Assembly: GCA_040880525.1 (NCBI GenBank)
Contig: JBBDIG010000024.1
Location: forward strand, 12,522-76,521
Length of the DNA: 64,000 nt
Direction of reading: 5' to 3'
Source of the DNA: Bacteroidia bacterium
Lineage (GTDB): Bacteria > Bacteroidota > Bacteroidia > CAILMK01 > JBBDIG01
Below are positions 56,424 to 64,000 of this stretch, one piece after another (the first letter of the stretch is position 1; each line of letters begins with the position of its first letter). The notes under the pieces were generated by a model. That model saw only the letters and a program-made list of their open reading frames with translations. It did not search any database and was not told where the DNA came from. The position numbers and the translations under genes were made by a program.

Positions 56424-58049
56424 ATGGCTGATAAAGATGTTGAAACTATAAATAATGGATTTGAGCACCGGCTGGTATTGCGTACGCTTGAGGTCAAGGA
56501 TTTTGATGATATTAAACTGATCATGGACCAGGTGTATTCTAACATTGGCGGCTCATGGACAAGGAAGGAATATCTTTCTCAACTGAAGAAATTCCCGGAG
56601 GGCCAGATCTGCATTGAGGACAAAGGAACCGTTGTGGCTGCAGCGCTGAGCCTTATTGTGCTTTACAGCGATTTCGGGGACAAGCATACCTACGAAGAGA
56701 TCATCGGGAACGGCTCCTTTTCCACGCACGATCCTGATGGCGATACGCTGTACGGGGTGGATGTTTTTGTGCATCCTGAGTACCAGGGAATGCGGCTGGG
56801 AAGGAGGCTCTATGATGCCCGGAAAGAGATTTGTGAAAAGCTGAATCTCCGCGCCATCATTGCCGGAGGGAGAATTCCCGGCTACCTGAAATATTCAAAA
56901 GACCTGACACCACGGGAATATATTGAGCGGGTAAAGAATAAAGAGATCTACGATCCGATCCTGACATTTCAGATCAGCAATGATTTCCATGTGAGGCGAA
57001 TTCTTACTAATTATAATAAGAAAGATAAAGCTTCCAAGTCCTTTGCAACGCTACTGGAATGGATCAACATTTATTACGAAGAAAAGGAGAAACTTATCGG
57101 GGCCAAAAAAACTGTGGTGCGCATTGGCGTGGTGCAGTGGCAAATGCGGAGGGTTCGTGATTTTGAGGACCTGATGCAGCAGATTGAATTTTTTATTGAC
57201 ACAATGGGCAGCTACAATGCTGACTTTGTGGTGTTTCCTGAATTTTTTGCCGGGCCGCTCATGGCCCAGTATAATGAGGCTTCACCGGCTGATGCCATCC
57301 GTTCGCTGGCCGATTATTCTGAAAGGCTTCGGGAGCGGCTGCTCGATCTGGCTATTTCTTATAATACCAACATAATTGCCGGAAGCATGCCTGAATATGA
57401 GGATCATAAGCTTCGCAATGTTTCTTACCTGCTGAGGCGTGACGGAACCTGGGATGCCCAATACAAACTCCACGTAACGCCTGATGAGAAAAACTACTGG
57501 GGACTTCAGGGTGGCGATAAGCTGGTGGCTTTTGATACCGATGCCGGAAAGATAGGAATATTGATATGCTACGATGTGGAATTTCCTGAGTTATCGCGCA
57601 TTCTCAGCGACCAGGGAATGAAGATATTGTTTGTGCCCTATTGGACCGATACCAAGAATGCCTACCTGCGGGTGAGAAGATGCGCACAGGCCAGGGCCAT
57701 TGAAAATGAATGTTACGTGGTAATTACCGGCAGCGTTGGCAACCTGCCACGCGTGGAAAACATGGACATCCAGTATTCGCAGGCGGCAGTTTTTTCGCCA
57801 TCAGATTTTGCGTTTCCGCACGATGCTACTATCGCGGAGGCTACACCTAACACGGAGATGACGCTGATCGCTGATATTGACTTGGACTTGCTGAAGGAAC
57901 TGAATACGAAAGGAAGTGTGCGGAACCTGCAGGACAGGCGATTAGATCTTTACAACCTGGCCTGGACCTATAATGTGAAAACCGGCCAGGCGGAGAAGGT
58001 GAAAGAGGATAAGCAGGAAGTGGAGATTATTCAAAAAGAAGGGAAATAA
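56424..58049 (+). CDS. bifunctional GNAT N-acetyltransferase / carbon-nitrogen hydrolase (nitrilase superfamily) protein
   Basis: The N-terminal GNAT motif is 'VFVHPEYQGMRLGRRLY'. The C-terminal CN-hydrolase has a catalytic Cys region ('GILICYDVEFPE') and an 'RIGVVQW' start. Confidence 0.8.
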   Translation: MADKDVETINNGFEHRLVLRTLEVKDFDDIKLIMDQVYSNIGGSWTRKEYLSQLKKFPEGQICIEDKGTVVAAALSLIVLYSDFGDKHTYEEIIGNGSFSTHDPDGDTLYGVDVFVHPEYQGMRLGRRLYDARKEICEKLNLRAIIAGGRIPGYLKYSKDLTPREYIERVKNKEIYDPILTFQISNDFHVRRILTNYNKKDKASKSFATLLEWINIYYEEKEKLIGAKKTVVRIGVVQWQMRRVRDFEDLMQQIEFFIDTMGSYNADFVVFPEFFAGPLMAQYNEASPADAIRSLADYSERLRERLLDLAISYNTNIIAGSMPEYEDHKLRNVSYLLRRDGTWDAQYKLHVTPDEKNYWGLQGGDKLVAFDTDAGKIGILICYDVEFPELSRILSDQGMKILFVPYWTDTKNAYLRVRRCAQARAIENECYVVITGSVGNLPRVENMDIQYSQAAVFSPSDFAFPHDATIAEATPNTEMTLIADIDLDLLKELNTKGSVRNLQDRRLDLYNLAWTYNVKTGQAEKVKEDKQEVEIIQKEGK

Positions 58050-58788
58050 ACCAGAATTGCGAAAAGAGCTTATCGAAAGAACGGCTGATAATGGAGCGGT
58101 CAGGTTCCAGCACGTTCACCAGTCCGCGGCTGAGTTTTAATTCCGGAGAAAATTTGAAATAAGGGAAATACAGATCGAGCCCGAAACCGTATTCATAATA
58201 ATAATTATGAGGATACACATAAATTTCCGGCTTGTTTATGTTTCGGGCGCTGCCGGCATCCGAAGAAATATCATATCCATACTTCACGCCTGCTAATATA
58301 TAGTAGCGGATATTCCGGTGGCGGGTAGATTTAAATTTGATGCTCAGCGGAGCCTCCACCATTACTGATTCGATTTCCTTGAGGCTGCGGGGCGTGGTGT
58401 CGTTCAGGGTGTATTCTATTCCGCGCTGGGCAAGGATCAGGGTTGGTGTAAAGCGAAGGTCAAAATGCTCCCCGAGGCGGAAGTTGCTGATTGCTCCGAA
58501 CTGGATGCCGGGGTATCGCACCATGTTGATGCGTTGAACGCTGTCGGTGGCATAGAAATCCTCACTCAGTTCGTACCTGAAGTGCGCAGCATCCGTCCCG
58601 AAGAAAACGCCAAAATGGACCGGTTTCAGATCGTAAAACGGGGTGTTCATATTTTGTGCTACCAATTTGCCATTCGAGAAGAGCAGCAATAGGAGCAATA
58701 CCAGAAAGAGAATGCGGCAGATAATTACAGGCAAAGCGTTTAAAATGGAAATTAGCATACTAAAGTGTCGTAAGTACCCAATGTTCAA
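58027..58788 (-). CDS. outer-membrane beta-barrel protein, possibly PorT/SprT-like
   Basis: A signal/TM segment is followed by beta-strand-rich sequence with aromatic girdles. The PorT assignment is tentative. Confidence 0.4.
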   Translation of the reverse strand: MNIGYLRHFSMLISILNALPVIICRILFLVLLLLLLFSNGKLVAQNMNTPFYDLKPVHFGVFFGTDAAHFRYELSEDFYATDSVQRINMVRYPGIQFGAISNFRLGEHFDLRFTPTLILAQRGIEYTLNDTTPRSLKEIESVMVEAPLSIKFKSTRHRNIRYYILAGVKYGYDISSDAGSARNINKPEIYVYPHNYYYEYGFGLDLYFPYFKFSPELKLSRGLVNVLEPDRSIISRSFDKLFSQFWFISLLFE

Positions 58789-58896
58789 TTCCGTTGATAT
58801 TCAGAATTAAAAGGTTGCAAAATAAAATATTTCTATAGGTTGCCTGAATTTTTTATAAAATGAAAACAAATGCCGGAAATACATAAACGTGAATTT

Positions 58897-59625
58897 TTAC
58901 TTTTTGATACCGGTATAAACGGACGCGATACCAAACGTAAGCCTTTGCGTGCGGGGTGAAACGAAGCCTGCAAGCTCCAGCCTATTTTCAAAATCTTTAC
59001 CAGATGGAAAGGCATAAACAGATTCAGGCAGATAATCATACGCGCGTGAATTTTTTGAAACCAGCCTACCCACTGCGGGCAATACGTGCATGAAATATAA
59101 CTTGTACAATTGCCTGACAGGAAACTTAGGGGGCTGCGAAAATTCCAGTACTGCCAGCTTTCCACCGGGTTTTAATACGCGGTGAATTTCGCTAAGGCCC
59201 TTGTCCAGATTTTCAAAGTTTCGCACACCAAAGGCAACCATAGCCGCATCGAAGTGACCGTCAGCAAAAGGCAGGTCTTCGGAATCGGCCTGTTGCAGAT
59301 TGATCCTGTCCTGCAGCCCCTTTTTGCGGATCTTAATGATTCCTTTCTCCAGCATTCCGGCTGAGATGTCCACGCCAATGATTTTGCGGGGTTTCAGCTT
59401 CATTGCCTGTATCGCGAAATCCGCAGTTCCGGTGGCCACGTCCAGCAATATCTGCGGTTGATCCTGTTTTAGATGGGCAATGGCTTTATTTCGCCAAATG
59501 ATGTCAATGCCAAAAGAAAGAAGGTGGTTCAGAAAGTCGTAATAAGGAGAAATATTGTCGAACATCTGTTCCACCTGTTGCTTCTTTTTTTCTTTCGAGG
59601 CTTTATCAGGAACTACAGTTGCCAT
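58897..59625 (-). CDS. ubiE: demethylmenaquinone / ubiquinone C-methyltransferase
   Basis: 'ILLDVATGTADFAI' is the SAM-binding motif I. The 'VAFGVRNFENLDKGLSEIHRVLKPGGKLAVLEFSQP' region is UbiE/MenG-typical. Confidence 0.85.
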   Translation of the reverse strand: MATVVPDKASKEKKKQQVEQMFDNISPYYDFLNHLLSFGIDIIWRNKAIAHLKQDQPQILLDVATGTADFAIQAMKLKPRKIIGVDISAGMLEKGIIKIRKKGLQDRINLQQADSEDLPFADGHFDAAMVAFGVRNFENLDKGLSEIHRVLKPGGKLAVLEFSQPPKFPVRQLYKLYFMHVLPAVGRLVSKNSRAYDYLPESVYAFPSGKDFENRLELAGFVSPRTQRLTFGIASVYTGIKK

Positions 59626-59734
59626 TTATCATCAATTGATTTTTTGAATAAAAGGAATGCCAGCAGGGATGGTCCGCCAAAATTAACGCTAATAAACCGC
59701 TTAGCTTTGCTGCATATTCCGTTAAGCACTTCTT

Positions 59735-60334
59735 ATGAAAATTTCCTCAGCTACGTTCGTTATCAGCAGCACCAGTTACCAGGGCTGTCCGGCCCCTGAC
59801 AAACCTGAGTATGCATTTGTGGGGCGCAGCAATGTGGGAAAGTCTTCGCTCATAAATATGCTGGTAGGGCGCAAGAAACTCGCAAAAACATCATCCCACC
59901 CGGGTAAGACCCAAACGATAAATCATTTCCTGGTAAATGAAAATTGGTATCTGGTGGATCTGCCTGGCTACGGCTATGCTAAAATCTCGAAGAAAATGCG
60001 TGAAGAGTGGCAGGTCTTTATCCGGGACTATGTGCTCTACCGGGAAAATCTGGGTTGCGTCTTTGTGCTGGTAGATTCAAGCATTCCTCTCCAAAAAATT
60101 GACCTGGAGTTCCTGGAATGGCTTGGGGAAAAGGGAGTGGCTTTTGCGATAGTATTTACGAAAACGGATAAGGAGAAACGTAACATCATTAATAAGCACG
60201 TTGCAACATTCAAGGAACGGATTCTTGAAAACTGGGAGGAGCTTCCGCCTGTATTCCTCACATCGGCCGGAAAGAAAGAGGGAGCTGAAGAGATTCTCAC
60301 TTTTATTGAGGAAGTGAGCCGCCAGTTCGGGTAG
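59735..60334 (+). CDS. engB: ribosome biogenesis GTPase YsxC/EngB
   Basis: 'FVGRSNVGKSSLIN' is the P-loop. 'DLPGYGYA' is G3. 'TKTDK' is G4. Confidence 0.85.
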   Translation: MKISSATFVISSTSYQGCPAPDKPEYAFVGRSNVGKSSLINMLVGRKKLAKTSSHPGKTQTINHFLVNENWYLVDLPGYGYAKISKKMREEWQVFIRDYVLYRENLGCVFVLVDSSIPLQKIDLEFLEWLGEKGVAFAIVFTKTDKEKRNIINKHVATFKERILENWEELPPVFLTSAGKKEGAEEILTFIEEVSRQFG

Positions 60335-60506
60335 GGTTACTATTGAGTGGCACTCAAACCTCCGGTTTATGAACTGCCTTGGCGGTCTTATAAAGGTTCA
60401 TTTGCTATCCGGCATGTAATTGCAGACGTCTCGTCACGGGCTAGCAGCCTAAATAAACGACATTATCTCCCAACCTCTATTTTTGAATTTTGAAAAATTA
60501 TTGATT

Positions 60507-61778
60507 ATGATGACACCTGAAGTAATGGACAAGCGATACAGCAGTGATGAATTGATAGAAATGGAAGCGCAGTTTGGCGCGCACAATTATAAACCGCTGC
60601 CTGTGGTGCTTTCGCGCGGAGAGGGTGTTTTTGTATGGGATGTGGAAGGAAGCCGGTATTTCGATTTTCTTGCGGCCTATAGTTCACTTAACCAGGGTCA
60701 CTGCCATCCGCGCCTTGTAAAAGCGATGCGCGAACAGATAGGGACGCTGACGCTCACCTCGCGCGCGTTCTATAATGATATGCTGGGCCGGGCAGAAAAA
60801 TTCCTCGCTGAAACTTTTGGCTATGATAAAGTCCTCCTGATGAACTCCGGTGCAGAAGCAGTGGAAACGAGCATTAAGCTGGCCAGGCGCTGGGCCTACG
60901 ACACAAAAGGTATTGAGGAAAACAAGGCGAAAATTGTGGTGGCCGAAAACAACTTTCATGGCCGTACCACGGGTGTGATCAGCTTTTCAACGGATCCTTC
61001 CAGCAAGAAGCATTTCGGACCGTTTATGCCGGGATTTGAAGTTGTGCGATTTAATGATACCGAAGTTTTGGAGCGGGCATTTCAGGATGAGGCAGTTTGC
61101 GCATTTCTGGTGGAACCGATCCAGGGCGAAGCCGGTGTGCAGATCCCTGATCCCGGATATTTGAAGACAATCCGGGAGCTATGTGACCAATACAATGTAC
61201 TGCTCCTGGCAGATGAAATTCAGACCGGGTTGGGGAGAACGGGTAAAATGCTTGCCTGCGAACATGAGGACGTAAGGCCCGATGTGATATTGCTCGGCAA
61301 GGCGCTATCCGGAGGGATGATGCCGGTAAGTGCAGTACTCTGTGATGATTATATAATGATGAATATTAAGCCGGGTGAACATGGTTCTACCTATGGTGGC
61401 AATCCCCTTGGCGCTCGCATCGTTATTGAGGCTGTGCAGATCATTACAGAAACAGGACTCCTGGAAAAGGTGGCGACAATGGGGGAATATTTCAGGATGA
61501 GGATCCGGGATGCAGGTATTCCTTACCTGAGTGATGTACGCGGGAAAGGCTTGTTCAGTGCCATTGAAATTGACAATTCCAAGATTGAGGCCAGCGCCTA
61601 TGATATTTGCAAAATGCTGAAGGAAAATGGACTTCTGGCAAAGCAGACACATGGCAATATTATCCGCTTTGCCCCTCCTTTGATTATAACTCAGCCACAG
61701 CTTGAAGCTTGTTGCGAAATTATCATAAATACTTTGAGGGTGGCCGAGGAAGAAGATGGCCTCACCAGCTTGCCGTAA
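60507..61778 (+). CDS. rocD: ornithine--oxo-acid aminotransferase
   Basis: 'FGAHNYKPLPVVLSRGEGVFVWDVEGSRYFDFL...SLNQGHCHP' and the class-III aminotransferase core 'LLADEIQTGLGRTGK' match OAT. Only the start is uncertain, between 60483 and 60510. Confidence 0.8.
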   Translation: MMTPEVMDKRYSSDELIEMEAQFGAHNYKPLPVVLSRGEGVFVWDVEGSRYFDFLAAYSSLNQGHCHPRLVKAMREQIGTLTLTSRAFYNDMLGRAEKFLAETFGYDKVLLMNSGAEAVETSIKLARRWAYDTKGIEENKAKIVVAENNFHGRTTGVISFSTDPSSKKHFGPFMPGFEVVRFNDTEVLERAFQDEAVCAFLVEPIQGEAGVQIPDPGYLKTIRELCDQYNVLLLADEIQTGLGRTGKMLACEHEDVRPDVILLGKALSGGMMPVSAVLCDDYIMMNIKPGEHGSTYGGNPLGARIVIEAVQIITETGLLEKVATMGEYFRMRIRDAGIPYLSDVRGKGLFSAIEIDNSKIEASAYDICKMLKENGLLAKQTHGNIIRFAPPLIITQPQLEACCEIIINTLRVAEEEDGLTSLP

Positions 61779-62220
61779 TTTGGCTAAGGTATTCTAAATC
61801 TTACAAGGCCCCGGTCAATTCTTATATTTAGCACTGATCATCTAAATAAGATCCGGATAATAGGATATTTGTTCAGGCTTCGAATTGTGTTTCAAGCACA
61901 GGCCATTTGGAATAACTCCTGCTAAAATTTTATTTCAACCGTTGTGGATGTGTTTTCTTACATCCCGATCACTACCTGTGTCTGACCAAGAGAAATTTCT
62001 TAGAAAGGGCGTATTCCGCAGGAAAAGGGGTGCGAAGGAGGATATGGAGCCTTGAAATGAGCCGACCGGGCAGGGCAATTGAACAAATATTCTAATAAAA
62101 AAATAGTGATGTCTTACAAGTGTAAGCAAGAGAAACAGTAATAAAAAAGCTGCACATATTCATCAGGTAGTTTTGTCAGAGTTACTAAATCAATAATTCC
62201 AACCAACAAAACTTAATAGA

Positions 62221-63138
62221 ATGAATATGAAGCTAAAAATACTTGGACTTGCATGCTTGGCGCTACTCATGATCCAGTGCCAGAAAGAGGCGATGTTAAC
62301 CCCTTCAGGACCGGCAGCTCCGGTCAGGATTTCCTCTGACTACAATATGTTGGTTTTTGCAGATCAGGCAAGTTTCGACAGTACTATGAAAGTACTATTT
62401 AGCTATGAAAGCAAAGATCTTCACCTATGGGAAGAATCTATGAACTTCCATTCCATGAGAGCCTTTTACAATCCCATTCCTGAGGATTTAGGTGATACGC
62501 TTTTGGCTCCTCTTACAGAAATGGCACCTCAACCTGTAGAGGATCATTGGCTGGCCGCGATCCTAACGCCTGAAGGTTTTATGGGGATTGCAGATACGGT
62601 TTACCTTTTTACGAGGGATACCACTTATTCTTATGTCGACAATCAAGAGGTTAAAGCTTTCCCGATCAAGAGATATCTGATTACCCGCCCGGCTGATCCA
62701 GGGCTCATTTCCTGTGATGATGTAGCCGATTATGAATATAATGTCAAGATGTCGACAGTGAAAACTACGCTTAACGCAGGAATCCTTAAAACGCATTCCT
62801 GGGCGATTCGATTTAGCTTTTTCTATTCTTCCACGGGGGTTACAGTAGTTCATTACAAGGAAACACCTTACTATTTTCAGGGTACATGGAGTACATATTT
62901 AAAAGAAACACCTGCGGATTTTCTGGGACTGGAATGGAATATATGCTCGATTGAAGGGTATTGGGGATTTCCCAAAAGTCATGTAGGATCAATGCAGAAG
63001 TGGGGTCACTCAACCATTTCAAAAGTTGTGAGAACAGTAGTATTTGCAGATGTGGGAATTAAAGGCATCTATAAATCGGAGTATAATAATTCTTCGTATA
63101 GCGATAATGTCATAACACCTCAATATTATGGAATCTAA
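62221..63138 (+). CDS. hypothetical lipoprotein
   Basis: 'LGLACLALLMIQC' is a lipobox. No other motif was recognised. Confidence 0.4.
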   Translation: MNMKLKILGLACLALLMIQCQKEAMLTPSGPAAPVRISSDYNMLVFADQASFDSTMKVLFSYESKDLHLWEESMNFHSMRAFYNPIPEDLGDTLLAPLTEMAPQPVEDHWLAAILTPEGFMGIADTVYLFTRDTTYSYVDNQEVKAFPIKRYLITRPADPGLISCDDVADYEYNVKMSTVKTTLNAGILKTHSWAIRFSFFYSSTGVTVVHYKETPYYFQGTWSTYLKETPADFLGLEWNICSIEGYWGFPKSHVGSMQKWGHSTISKVVRTVVFADVGIKGIYKSEYNNSSYSDNVITPQYYGI

Positions 63139-63766
63139 AATGCCAGGCTGCCCTTTACTATTGAATCAAATAAAACCACTCTTAAGCATACTGTTCAGCT
63201 TGTGGTTTGTCTCTGGCTCTCCTGTTTTGGCCCAGGAAATATCGCTATATGACACGGCCATTGTTGAACAATATTCTGAGTCAACGGGGATTTCTTCCAG
63301 TGAGAGCGAACCCAGGCTCCAAAGGTCCAGGAATGTGGTGTATGCAGAGTTTCTTGGAATCAGCCACTTTGAGTCAATCAACTATGAACGGATTTTTTTT
63401 AGGAGCGGCAATGTGCATTTTTCAGGCAGGGCAGGAGTAAGCCTGATGGAGATTCTATTGGTGCGCTCCGCATCAGGTGAAAATCCAGGGAGCGGCCTCA
63501 ACTGTGGTATCGGGACTCCGGCATGGTTTCCGGTGTCGTTCAATGCGATGTATGGAAAGAAAAAGAATTTCCTTGAAGCAAATGTTGGGATGACCTTCAG
63601 CACACAGCCTGACCATGTACTCTTTCCTTCAGCCGGGCTGGCTTATCGTCACCAGGCCCTTGAGCGGGGAATATTCCTTCGGATAAGTTGCTACTCTATG
63701 TATACCTCTGTACTTGGTAAAGTATCGCTGAGACCCGGTTTGAGCGTGGGTTATGCGTTTGATTAA
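63128..63766 (+). CDS. hypothetical secreted/outer-membrane protein
   Basis: It has a signal peptide ('LLSILFSLWFVSGSPVLAQ'). The rest is beta-rich. Confidence 0.35.
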   Translation: MESKMPGCPLLLNQIKPLLSILFSLWFVSGSPVLAQEISLYDTAIVEQYSESTGISSSESEPRLQRSRNVVYAEFLGISHFESINYERIFFRSGNVHFSGRAGVSLMEILLVRSASGENPGSGLNCGIGTPAWFPVSFNAMYGKKKNFLEANVGMTFSTQPDHVLFPSAGLAYRHQALERGIFLRISCYSMYTSVLGKVSLRPGLSVGYAFD

Positions 63767-63791
63767 GAAATAGGTGAGACGGGCAGGAATG

Positions 63792-64000
63792 TTATCCTGC
63801 CGCTGCCAATTCCTTCTCCATTTTGAGCTTCTGGGTTTTAGCAGCGTCCACAAATTTTACAAAGAGCGGATGGGGTTCAGCCACCGTGCTTTGATATTCC
63901 GGATGAAATTGTGTTCCGATGAACCACGGATGGTTTTTCAATTCTATGATCTCCACAAGAGCTGAATCAGGATTGATGCCTGTAGCCAGCATGCCGGCCT
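63792..64000 (-). CDS. pyrG: CTP synthase, C-terminal glutamine-amidotransferase end (3' partial in window; gene continues beyond 64000)
   Basis: '[31 protein letters not shown]' is the conserved PyrG C-terminus. The ORF is open to the window edge. Confidence 0.75.
   Translation of the reverse strand, partial: AGMLATGINPDSALVEIIELKNHPWFIGTQFHPEYQSTVAEPHPLFVKFVDAAKTQKLKMEKELAAAG

Overview
This window is 64 kb of AT-moderate Bacteroidota-like chromosome. The taxonomic guess rests on several type IX secretion (T9SS) C-terminal sorting domains, a PorP/SprF gene, DUF1573 paralogs and a fused 2-oxoacid dehydrogenase E1 alpha/beta subunit. Most of the window is housekeeping. Recognisable genes include aroE, hemL, pyrH, truB-ribF, a seven-gene mrpABCDEFG operon on the minus strand, trmB, crcB, ubiE/menG, engB, rocD, anmK, mltG and a partial pyrG. 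One tRNA-Pro(GGG) lies on the minus strand. Four regions look accessory or unusual. The first is a dynamic region at about 7.7-11.5 kb: a tandem-duplicated lipoprotein gene pair, then an array of about 3.7 copies of a roughly 293-bp structured repeat. A diverged copy of the same repeat sits on the other side of a PorP/SprF-like gene that has no adjacent cargo gene. The second is a trio of secreted DUF1573 paralogs at 12.7-15.0 kb. The third is a sugar-modification cluster at 35.5-41.6 kb: DegT aminotransferase, WbqC, NeuD-like acetyltransferase, a beta-propeller glycosidase-like protein, a putative Fe/2OG oxygenase and two tandem GT2 genes. The fourth is a secreted-protein neighbourhood at 21.3-24.1 kb: an AraC regulator, a T9SS cargo protein, and an intradiol-dioxygenase-like protein with both a Tat signal and a T9SS sorting domain. 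Smaller oddities are a heptanucleotide GTTC-phased repeat in a divergent promoter, TTCAA-apex hairpins and a translationally coupled uORF upstream of a 900-aa T9SS type-B cargo gene, and a SulP transporter fused to a probable catalytically dead beta-carbonic-anhydrase-like domain. No CRISPR array, integrase, transposase, reverse transcriptase or recognisable defence-system gene was found. All calls come from reading the translations and sequence by eye. Nothing was searched against a database.
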